The notes under the pieces: model-generated
What the model saw: the letters and a program-made list of their open reading frames with translations, nothing else
Databases searched by the model: none
What the model was told of the DNA's origin: nothing
In this document: piece after piece, positions 34,614-44,933 of the stretch
Position numbering within the stretch: the stretch's first letter is position 1
Layout: each line of letters opens with the position of its first letter
Made by a program: the position numbers and the translations under genes
From: Catajapyx aquilonaris
Lineage: Eukaryota
Direction of reading: 5' to 3'
Length of the DNA: 44,933 nucleotides
NCBI GenBank assembly: GCA_000934665.2
Contig: KZ538864.1
Coordinates: forward strand, 1-44,933

Positions 34614-35342
34614 TCGTGTCATCACATGTCTTGGCAACAACATCAGTGTTAGCATAATTATACAGGTATTGTCTAGCCTATAAATTGCGGGCGCAGGTGG
34701 CGGTGCAATCAGCATGGTTCTGGCAAACAACTAAAATCAATAAAATGGTCCTGTCTTCTCCAGTGGCACTTCATGACGCTGCTCAAAATATGCAAATCGC
34801 TGAAAACCTGGAGAGAAAAGTGACGTCACACAATTCTGCAGTATGTACTAACTTGTAGTGAATACATGATTCGAAGATGCCGGTTTTAAGGAATCAGGTT
34901 TCTTCACGACAACTTCCATGTGAGGTGCAAAATGGATCGTTTTCACGCAGGTAATAACCCTCTTCCCCCCCCCCTCCCCTACCTCCTTCTCTCCTTTCCT
35001 CTCACCCCTACTCAATTCGAGCAAAAATTGATTTCTTCCCTTTTTCCAAGGTGCGCCTATCGTGCGGCGTGCTTCCAGCTAACAATGTAACGCAAAACTA
35101 ATTTTATCGCCAATTACCGGGCCATTCATTACACGAAAACAATTGGGAAGAGATCTTTCTGATCTTCTAGTTGGGGGCCGCATGCAACCCCAAATGGTTT
35201 CGGTGTCAGTGATTGGATTTCGGGGGAGCAGGACTAAGAACGTGATGATGGGATCTCTTTAACCTCACTTGATGGAATTTTTGCTTCGTCACGCATTCAT
35301 AGCAACCAGATAGTAATATTCCCAACTCGCTTCTCCCCCCCC

Positions 35343-35564
35343 NNNNNNNNNNNNNNNNNNNNNNNNNNNNNNNNNNNNNNNNNNNNNNNNNNNNNNNNNN
35401 NNNNNNNNNNNNNNNNNNNNNNNNNNNNNNNNNNNNNNNNNNNNNNNNNNNNNNNNNNNNNNNNNNNNNNNNNNNNNNNNNNNNNNNNNNNNNNNNNNNN
35501 NNNNNNNNNNNNNNNNNNNNNNNNNNNNNNNNNNNNNNNNNNNNNNNNNNNNNNNNNNNNNNNN
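35343..35564. other. Assembly gap (N) inside a poly-C tract
   Basis: N run. Confidence 0.99.
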
Positions 35565-37228
35565 CCCCCCCCCCCCCAAATGATACATAGTACGGTTTAT
35601 TGATCATGCTTTCAAACGAGGTATTTCATATTTAACGACATCACATTTATAATTTTTTTTAAATGTCAAACAGTTTTTTGAAGAAAAAAAAACTTGATTT
35701 TAAAGATTCATAAAAGAGCATTTCATTACAAACTTACACAATTTTCGTCTCATAAAAGCTACCTTTCCGTGAAAATATGCAAGCTGAGGAGCTAACCGAT
35801 GCCCCACAATAAAGTCTGAAGAAAGTGCGCGCAATGGTCACGGTTCCATAAATTTTATGAGATTGTCCGTAGAATGTAAACGAAGGGTAAGTTCTCTCTT
35901 CCCTCCTCCCCCTTTCCCTTCCCTTTTCCCCCAGCAGTGTCCCTATGGGCCATTGCTGATATCCCGAGACTTTAAAAACGCCAGGGAGTTTCTGAGTTGC
36001 TACTGCTCATGAATTGGAGGATTTAAGTAAAAATTTATATCCATTAAAAGCAAAAAAGTAAGGGCAGCTGGCGCCGACAGAGCAATTTCCGTGAGGCCGT
36101 TCCCGGTTTGCAGCCGGCCCCTTCTCCTCCTCCTCTCTTTTACTACCAGAATTTGATTCCTGACCAAACTGCACCCCTAAGCCGGTCCTTTCTATCTGTT
36201 ATCTTGAGCCAAGTCGTGTAACAAATCGTTGCCCCAACTCGGACTCTTTTATCGAGTTGATCAGCCGCCAAGCTCAAAACCAATAAGGTCCTTGCAATTT
36301 TTTTCTTCTTCTTCTTCGTTCTTCGTTCTTCTTCTTCAGCCTCCTATTTCCTTCATCTCCTGCAGCATCACTGGAGGTAGATCCTCCTCTTCTACCCCAG
36401 AACTTCTTTTTTTTATATTTTTCATAATGAAATCGACTTTAGAACAATGCCTGCCCCTGCAGACAATCAATATCGCGACTTTAGGAAAAGTCTTTGTGCT
36501 CCGGCGGGGCCAACCCGGAAAGATGCTCTCCCAACTTTCCCAACTATTTGAAGAGGCTCAGGGAATTCCTATTGATTGCGAAGGCACCCGCTCCCCTTCC
36601 ACCCCTACCTACCCACCCACTTCTTCCCCCAAAAAAAGGAAGAAAGAAGAAGAAGAAGAAGAAGAAGAAGGAAAAAAAAAAGGGNGGGGGGGGGGAGCTG
36701 CATCTCTCATGGAGATTTCCGAACTCCTACTAAGGGAATTCAGTCGATTATTTTCGCCAATCCGTCGCTTTCTGGAGGACATCAACGTCAGTCGGGGCTT
36801 CGGTTTCTTTCTTTGCAACAATTTTGTCGCTTGTATTAGACTCGAAATTTTTTGTAAGAAATGTGAGGGGGGTGGAGTTTATTATTCGGTGGTGTCTTGA
36901 TTATGCAAAAGCGATGACGTTCCTTCGTATTGATTTCAGCCAAGATTCACTCTAGGCCACGGATTACTATGGGGCGTAGTAATTGATCGCGGGCCATCAA
37001 ATCAATGCTAGGTCACACACAAAAATGGGGCTGATAGCCATCGTGTTATATAAAGCTCCCAGTGATTTGGGGGGAGAATTGGATTTGTTTCCATTTCATA
37101 TGTGTCACATTGTTGCTGATGATGACCTAACAACCAGAATTCAGCGACCTATTTTAACAAAAAAAACATGTCAAATTGTTGTTGCGAATGTGACACAAAA
37201 CAGGGTTGAGCTTGTGTTTTCATGAACG

Positions 37229-37349
37229 TTCAAAGGTGGCGTCGCAGTAGGTTTGGTGGCGGCTTTCAAAGTACGCCTCATTCCAAATTATTGCATTAAG
37301 TCTTTGCGTCACGTGACGGCAGGAACATCATCAAAGCTTTCCTTTGATG
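37229..37349. promoter_or_regulatory. Candidate TCF/LEF (Wnt-response) site cluster
   Basis: TTCAAAG 37229-37235 and 37265-37271, inverted pair CATCAAAG 37329-37336 / CTTTGATG 37342-37349, helper-like TGGCGGC 37257-37263, and CGTCACGTGACG 37307-37318. Motif match only. Confidence 0.3.
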
Positions 37350-37849
37350 CTGGTATAATCTGTTATCTTTGCTTTTGAATATTGCAATGCGCTAAGCTCA
37401 TCAGGTTCACTTGCAACAAAGCTCCAGAATATGATAAACTGTATGCCGCATTAAGGCTATTTAATCCCTAATATATTCATTGTCGGTATAAAATGTCGAA
37501 CAAAATATTTTTGTCATTGTGATGGTACTCAAATGAGTTATCTGGTGAATGTCTGGAATTTCACATAATTGAACTTGCACATTGTACCGTCACTATATTT
37601 GACCACCCTATGCCTCAATTAAGTCTGGGTGAGGTTCACTGTAAAAAAAAAAAAGTAACAACGTTAAAGCCTATCCGAGCGCATAAACGGGCAGCGCAGA
37701 TTACTGTAGAAGTGTTTTACTGTTCAGTATATTGGTGCACGTCCAGTTGCAATCAAGAACCCAACCGTGCTTGAACTCCACTGTCTGCGCACTATACAGT
37801 ATACCTAGTGCGCGTAGTATCGTTGAGAAGAGGTAACGTTACGGAGTAG

Positions 37850-38015
37850 TTACGTAACGCCAACTTTTTTATTAAAAAAATATGGCGTGTTTATAGGCGT
37901 TGACCTTTACAGAAAATCCTTCGAAATATTTTCTTCCGTCTTTTCTTTTACCTGTAAGTTGCACGAAGGACTCCAGAAATTTTTCTATATGAAGGGCAGG
38001 GTTAGCGTTACGTAA
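37850..38015. mobile_element. Decayed MITE with TTACGTAACGC inverted repeat
   Basis: Perfect 11-bp IR TTACGTAACGC (37850-37860) / GCGTTACGTAA (38005-38015); outer termini eroded. Confidence 0.35.
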
Positions 38016-39317
38016 GTTCACGTGACATGCTTTTGTCCAGCACCCTGCACAGGTGGCGCCTCACACCCCACATCTTGAAAACTAATCTACAGAGTAGTAG
38101 CAGGATATAGCACACAAAGTCTGAACTTCTCTCTTTTCCTCCCTCCCTCCCTCTCTCCCTATCCCCGCCTCCCGTTCCCTTTATTGATGTGCACGAGTCC
38201 GAAAATAGTCTTCAGTAAACGGATACTCACGACAGATTCGATTTCTGGCTAATGATTCTCAGTCCTACTGCTACTCCACCATGAATTACGAGCCCTCCCA
38301 ACCCTCCCCACCCATCCCCAACCTACACCCAAAACCCTCCTCACCCACCCCTACCGCTTCCAACATTGATTTTCCCTCAGCTTACCAACCCCTATCCCCT
38401 CCACCCCCTACCGACCAGCCTACCCTCCCCCACCCACCAGCCCTTATTTGCATAATTTTTGACTCGGGCTTTATGTGCTGACGATAAGCCCTCCCCACCC
38501 CGCCTTCCCCCTACTCTTCCTCTGCTCTCTCTGCTACTCGTGAATGTGATCGGCGTGATCCTTGAGAAAATCCGCCGGACCCAGTTTTAATTCGAGGACC
38601 GGAGTCAATATTTGGACAGGGGTGGGTTTCTTGGGAAAGGACCGAACCTGGAGAAAATGTGTTCCGTCTTGTTCCGGTTCTACTATTTGCATTGCTGTCT
38701 CAGGGGGGGGGGGGGGGGTCCTATCTGTCATATCATGCTATTTCAAAATCACGGGTTGATCTTACAAGGTGTGTCCANCCAACCCCACCCCACCCACCCG
38801 TGTTTCCACCTAGGCGCCTGGGAACGCTGACAAACCCAACGATCGATGCCACTAAACCACCAAGTTCACTGGCATCGCTCCCAGGCCATCCGGGACAGCT
38901 ATGCTGGATGCTACTTACAAATAACCTCTTCCTTGTGCTGCACAGTTACCTTAGGAAACTGACTGACAGGTCAAAGGGTAGGGAAGCTGGTCTACAGTGT
39001 CATGTTTTAGAAGTTGCAGAGTAGAAATCAACAATGCGAGCAGGCGCATCTAACTCTTAACAGGTGGGGAGAGTGGACTGCGAAATGTTGTAATTATACA
39101 GTAATGGGCATCAGGTGATTTGCAAGTGATTTTCAGAGTCCAAATTGAGTTAGGGAGAGTGTACTGTAGCCCTTGGAACGTACTTGCTGATGGTCGAATC
39201 ACTTTTCTGGTATAGAAATTGTAGTCTGCTAGAGCCCTCGTCAAACTTTGAATTCATCAAGTAACCTGCAGGTAGCTTCTAAGTAGTGCTCTATTTAGAG
39301 GTTATCTGACTAAAGGA

Positions 39318-39416
39318 GTTGCACCGTCTCCAGATAATATTTTTTGGCTGGAAAAGAGCCCGAAAACTTTTATGGCTCTTTTCCAGTTAGTAAATGTTTT
39401 CTAGGAACAGTGTAAC
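39318..39416. mobile_element. Small palindromic MITE
   Basis: Perfect inner IR CTGGAAAAGAGCC / GGCTCTTTTCCAG, with imperfect pairing out to GTTGCAC / GTGTAAC. Confidence 0.6.
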
Positions 39417-40031
39417 CGGACCAACTATACATTTCAGGCATTCAAGTCTAGTGTATGCCGAAGGTTATTATGGGAGAACCTACAGCTCTTGCCTAACCTT
39501 TCATAAGTTAGTAGGTTTCAGCTGACTACCTGAACAATGTACAGGCTTGCCTTTATACATTTTGTACTGTATGGGAGGAAGCTCTTGAAGCGTAAGTTGC
39601 CATGGAGTGTATGGGAGTGGGTGAGACAAATCGTCAGTGGATCACCCTCGACATTTACCACGCATGGTGCTATAGTTAGAAGCCTGCCTGAGTGTCGGTG
39701 CGTTCACTTCACAATAACGCAATTTTTGACTCGAAAATTGCCAGTTTTTTCTACCTCTACCAAGCATGCTTGTTGAACTCCAACTCATGTGTAAGTAGGC
39801 CTATACAAAAATTAAACAAGATTGGCAAATCACGTGAGCGTGATTAGAGTAGACTTTTTCATGTCCGTCACGGGACTGGGACTGAAACTGAAACCACCCA
39901 TAACTCATTTTCGGCCAAAAGTGGACTTACCATTTCCCCCCCCCCTCCCTCCTCCTACCCCCAGACCGCCCCTTTCCCCTTTAAAAAAATCTACCTCATA
40001 GCAAACCCATCTTTTTGACATTTTCTCATCC

Positions 40032-40252
40032 ATCGAAAAAAGTCTTATAGCACGGCTCTGTCCGTCCGTTCGTCTGTGGTAGGAGGAGGGAGGGAGAAAA
40101 GGGTGATCTGGGAGAGGCGGCGGTGGGGGGAGGGGGCAGCCAGGGCGGATAGAGTGAACCCGGAACCCGAAAATCGAAAAAAGTCTTACAGCACGGCTGT
40201 CTGTCTGTCTGATACCTGTCCACAGACAGAGCCATTCTATAGAACTTTTTTC
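40032..40252. mobile_element. Rearranged element with duplicated end motif plus (GTCY)n microsatellite, DINE-1/Helentron-associated-like
   Basis: ATCGAAAAAAGTCTTAYAGCACGGCT at 40032-40057 and 40173-40198 (25/26 identical), each followed by GTCC/GTCT repeats; diverged inverted copy at 40225-40252. Confidence 0.45.
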
Positions 40253-42507
40253 TCTCTAAAAAGTCTAATATGTAACTCTACAGAACCTGGTCACAATTTA
40301 CCAAAATCTTGCAAAACGTCACGCTTCTGTGACACCCCCTACCCCATGTCACTCACCCTCACCGACGGACGCCTTCCACTTCCACCCCCTCTGAAAACCC
40401 CCTTAGGTTCTGTTCCTCCTCTGGCATGTTAGGCCTGCTCTGGGACACAAACCCTCTCCTGAGGCAAGCAGTCGGGTGCAGAGGTGGCATGAAGCACGCC
40501 GAAAACGTGGCAAAGATGACTACGAACATCATTAGACGTCCTTCCCTCCCAGTCCCTTCCCCCCCCCCTCCCCCCCCCCCCCCAAGATCCAAAGCCTTCT
40601 GGGAGTAAGCGAGAACTAATTGAATCATTTTCCAAGGCCGATGATGTCAGTGCAGTTGCAAAAGAGCCTTTGGCCTCCGCAAAGGGGTGCAAATGACATC
40701 CATCAAGCCCGTTAAAGGACTAGAAGCGCCGCTTATGCATTTTTTATGCCTTGCAAACAGGATTTTCTATCTTCCTAACGACGAGATAGATCTCTCAGTG
40801 TACTATACACCACGCATAATATTTTCCAGGGGGGGTATCAAAAGAGTCAAGAATATTATTTTCTGCCGAAAAAAAATGGAGGAAGGACATCGCCCAAGAC
40901 ATAGCCCAAAAGGTTGTGTGTGGTTGAACGTGCCATCAGACGCAGTCACGATCTCTTCGGAGTCATGAATCGCAAGAGAGCCTTCTTAGTAAACAAAGGA
41001 CCTTGATAGCGCACACAAACTCAACCGTGGCTCTTATCGGGAGGAACATCTCATTCCAAAAGTGGTCCCAAACCATGCTATCACAGCATTTGCTTAGCCC
41101 TAGCTCACTACCCCACCCCAGTTTACTACTTTACTGATAAGTCGGCACAAAAACTTGTCCAAATACTCGCGGAGAACCAAGTTCGAAAAGGGGTGGGTGG
41201 GAGAAGGAGGGGGATAGGCGACGGGAAGGGGGGGGGGGATATATTTGCCACCCAACTTTGCAATTAATTTCCGGGAGACCGGCCTGTTAATTAACATATT
41301 ATTCCTGCGACGGCCCCCGTAACGTTTCAATTTATTCCGCTTTGGAAGGGAGTAATTCCCGCTGTCTTGTTCAACAAGTATACCCTGCCGTTACATTGCA
41401 TTACTATTGTCATACAGCAATTGTGTTGCAATCAATTTATTTGCTCGGTGTAAACAGGCAAGCGATTCCCTGTCCGACACCATGGCTTTGAAATGAATCG
41501 CCGATATTCAGAAGGGCGTGCATCGACCCATTTTGGGTCCGGGAAAAGGATTAAAACCAATTATATTGTTTGTAATTGTTTTCCAAATCACTTCACAGAC
41601 AATGGAATAAATTTTATTCTTTTTCAGTACGCTGCAGATGTAATTCGGGGTCGGTTGCTCATTGGATTTCATCTGCCATAATTATAGTCTTCTGTGCAAT
41701 TTGTTGTCCTACGTAAAATGTGGGTAAAATAATGAAATTATTGAAATACAATCATTTTTTGTCATGTAGTACACAACAATTCGTAACATATTTTCCTTAA
41801 TAATTAATAGGCAAGTTCCCTCCATTCATTGCTAACAACAATGACGTGAAGTTGCTACTTTTTTGTGAAGAAATGCTCAGAATGTATACAATGCAATCAG
41901 TCCCCGGTTATCCGCGGTTTGACAATATTAAATAAATATAAAATAAAAATATTGAAATGAATATAATTCCCCTTAACGCCATCCATTTATATCATTTTTC
42001 TGAAATAAATTTCATTAATTTAAAATCATTAATAAAATGATGGTATAAATTATAAATTACCGATAACCATGATAAAATAATCATTAATTTCATAAATGCA
42101 CACATTTATGAAAGGATTATTTATCAAAAACAAGCCAAAACGTTTTTGGACAAATACATCATAATTGTACAAAAAAATCACAACTAATCTACTGTATCTG
42201 CTGAAATTATACGTAACTGCTCCAACGGAATTAAGCCTGGATTATTATTTTTTTACATTAAAGTGGTGATATCCCCATTCCACCTAAGGATGTTCCGTGT
42301 GTCCCACCCATCTCCCTTCGCCGCCCCGGGGTGGAACCCGCGTGACGTCACGACCCTTTCCATTCCCGGCGCCGGCTTGCAGATTTCATTTGAAGCCAAT
42401 TATGGCCGGAATTAGCAAGCTGCAATGCAGTTGCGCACACTGTGCAAGATTAGAGGAAGCAAACTGATCGACTGGTAGACCCTTCCGAGCAGCCCCCCCC
42501 CCCCCCC

Positions 42508-42710
42508 NNNNNNNNNNNNNNNNNNNNNNNNNNNNNNNNNNNNNNNNNNNNNNNNNNNNNNNNNNNNNNNNNNNNNNNNNNNNNNNNNNNNNNNNNNNNN
42601 NNNNNNNNNNNNNNNNNNNNNNNNNNNNNNNNNNNNNNNNNNNNNNNNNNNNNNNNNNNNNNNNNNNNNNNNNNNNNNNNNNNNNNNNNNNNNNNNNNNN
42701 NNNNNNNNNN
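42508..42710. other. Assembly gap (N) between poly-C and poly-G
   Basis: N run. Confidence 0.99.
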
Positions 42711-43079
42711 GGGGGGGGGATGGCGGGGGAAGAGAGTGGTTCTGACGGCGACTCTCTCTTGGCATCCTCAACTGAATTACGTACTCGTCATTGCACGCCT
42801 ATTACCACCCTCCAGTTTGCATCGGTTCACAATTTTATGCAGTCCTTTGAAGGAATTTGTCGCTTCGTATCTATAAGAAAAAAAAATATGGACGTGACAA
42901 TGACAGGGAATAGACGATGGCCGGGAATTAGGCTTCAGGTGGGTATAACTGAATTGTCAAAGTTATATTGTTTGAATATGGCTTTGACGGCTGGCTTTTA
43001 TGTGGTAATGACTCTGTTAGAGGGACTTCCTAAAGGTGCGCACTTGTGATGGGGGAACTTGAGCACACACATTTCTTTA

Positions 43080-43153
43080 GGGCCGGTTTTCATAAAAACT
43101 CAGGTTCTTTCGGATAATCCCTGCAAATAGAATAGGGATTTTCCGAAAGAACC
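43080..43153. mobile_element. MITE remnant with 20-bp hairpin core
   Basis: GGTTCTTTCGGATAATCCCT-11 nt-AGGGATTTTCCGAAAGAACC (43103-43153, one mismatch), preceded by Harbinger-like GGGCCGGTTTTCATAAA; right terminus not found. Confidence 0.5.
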
Positions 43154-44166
43154 GGGCTTGGTGAAGTGTTAGTTTCGTTACAAAGGGTATAGCATTGCAT
43201 AATTTTACATACGGTGCCTTTACAAGCGAACTGTGTTGCTCATTCTCAGAAGTCACCTACAGTAGCAGCATATGTAAACGAAAAGCTAGTTTGAAACATA
43301 ATGTACTGTTGTTTGATTCAAAACAGAATCAAAATACAGTACAAGGAAACTGCCAGTTAAAAACAACAAAAGTAAGGTTTATAGGTCTATTCCGCCGGCA
43401 GGCCGTTAATATGGTGCATGTAACCCCAGCCACTATATTAATACATTATATCCTATGTACAAAATTGCCAAAGTTTGTTCACGGTTTAGCTTCTTTAGAA
43501 AACTGTTTGCTTTCAAGGAATCCAGCTCCCTCCTTTAAATATTAAAACATTAATCTAGCAACGTTGGCTTCAATTTACTGTACTTGCATTCTACCATTGT
43601 ATACACACATCACATTTTCTGTAGTGCTCCGGAATCCCATGTCAACGTACAATTCATCCAACGGATTTTTCCTTCCCCCCCCCCTCCCACCCTTCTTCTT
43701 CTTCTCCTTCCAATCGATAAAGCAATCTATAGCATAGTAGGCCCCTACATCATGCACGCAGTAGTATCAGATGAAAAATATGAAGTGCCTTGGAGGAGTC
43801 GGAGTTAGACGATGGCTGGAACAAGCAAAGAAAAAGCTCTAGGAACAAATTCTACAAACGTCACCCCCTCCCCCCCCCCTTCACCCCACCCCTTTTGTTG
43901 GCAAGGAATAAGGAAGAGCAATTGTAAGTCTAATTAGCGAATGATTGCCACGCCTTCCGCGTTTCGTAATTATTTTGTGCTTCAATTCTCCGTCCCCTCC
44001 CCACCACCCCCCACCTATACCCCTCCTCTCTCTCCATTCACAGGCTCCGGTCTTTTGTCCGGGACTCTAAAAGCATGCATCCGGGAGCCTGCTGCTATCG
44101 GGGAAAGTACATCGACATGATTTCCCTCCCGGTAAGGATTTGGGGACCCTGCGAGCTTGGATTATA

Positions 44167-44258
44167 CAGGGTGTTCTGTAATAATACCGACAATGTTCTA
44201 TGGTGAAGTCCTGTCCACTGATCCCAAATTGTGTCTAGAATTATTATGGAACACCCTG
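44167..44258. mobile_element. Tc1/mariner-type MITE (92 bp)
   Basis: TA|CAGGGTGTTCTGTAATAAT ... ATTATTATGGAACACCCTG|TA; 19-bp TIR with 2 mismatches; same terminal motif as 29450-29647. Confidence 0.88.
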
Positions 44259-44289
44259 TAGTGTCACGGCTAGTATCTGATGTGTGGTG

Positions 44290-44410
44290 AACCTACTTGC
44301 CTCAAGTCCTGGGTTCGACTCTGGAGCAACGATATAGGTGCTTTGTTAGCTTACAGTGTTGGAACGGATTTCCCCGCGGTTATCCGATTTCCTGCCTCAT
44401 TAAAATCACT
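44290..44410 (+). mobile_element. Degenerate tRNA-derived SINE with V-domain-like core
   Basis: B box GTCCTGGGTTCGACTC (core 44312-44321), followed by GGATTTCCCCGCGGTTATCCGATTTCCTGCC (44366-44396), which resembles the conserved SINE central motif GGGTTTTCTCCGGGTACTCCGGTTTCCTCCC as I recall it. Confidence 0.45.
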
Positions 44411-44933
44411 ACAGTGCTCTGTATTTAAGTCAATTATAAAAGAGGTGCCCTTTCACAGTTTCATTACAGTAACCTATGGTGCCCCGTTCATTATGTAACG
44501 TAATCGAAAGTTCCTTTGCAACCAATTAATTACTCTTTAGTCGGCTTAACAATGTAGTAGGTTGAAAGATGCACCGTCAGTTACAGTGTTTAGTTGAAAG
44601 CAGCAGGTATTACAGTATTGCGAAATAGGAGCCTTACTTGCTATGTAACAAAAGCATTTCAATAGCTAGCGTGGATATAGCCTATACCATGCGTCGATTT
44701 TATTTTATTTTTTGTCAAAAATTCGCGAGCTGATTTTTAAAACCCATCTTAATAAGCGCAGAGTTACAAACTCAGCCATTCGTTACTAATTATTCTAGTC
44801 ATTTTAAGCCCCTCCCTCTCCCCCTCTCCCCTACTTTTTTTTTCATTTTCTAGCGATTTTTTTTTTTTTTGACGAACCGCCAGAGCTTTAAATTACACAC
44901 AGTATTTTCAGACACATTCCCAAGGGTGCCCCT

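Noticed and set aside
36229..36900. 223-aa ORF with PKKRKK and poly-E
   Set aside because: TTG start, built from (TTC)n, (GAA)n and poly-A/G runs, crosses an N, no recognisable domain
1..44933. Conserved miRNAs, snRNAs, rRNA, hammerhead/HDV ribozymes
   Set aside because: A by-eye search found no full match or complete catalytic core; an Infernal/Rfam scan would be needed to exclude them formally

Overview
This is non-coding, repeat-rich eukaryotic DNA, most likely an invertebrate animal, from an intergenic region or a very large intron. I cannot support any protein-coding gene, rRNA, intact tRNA or CRISPR array. The listed ORFs are short, low-complexity, gap-spanning or produced by tandem repeats. 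What the sequence does support is a dense set of small non-autonomous mobile elements: Tc1/mariner-type MITEs with TA flanks, PIF/Harbinger-like MITEs, a hAT MITE with a perfect 8-bp TSD (25414-25705), a complete 212-bp Helitron (13315-13526), tRNA-derived SINE remnants, and a three-level nest (element A > TAACC element B > LINE-like 3' tail). It also holds foldback elements with internal minisatellites, several micro/minisatellites including a 62-unit GTGAGCAAGGGC array with a 259-codon ORF, and five N gaps at poly-C/G runs. Between the TE-rich stretches are recurring CpG-containing islands built around purine/pyrimidine tracts, with homeodomain, octamer, CRE and TCF-type motifs. These may form the cis-regulatory landscape of a gene outside the window (inference). 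I found no convincing previously undescribed system; the best candidates for follow-up are ranked under findings. All family assignments were made by eye from terminal signatures, without database searches.
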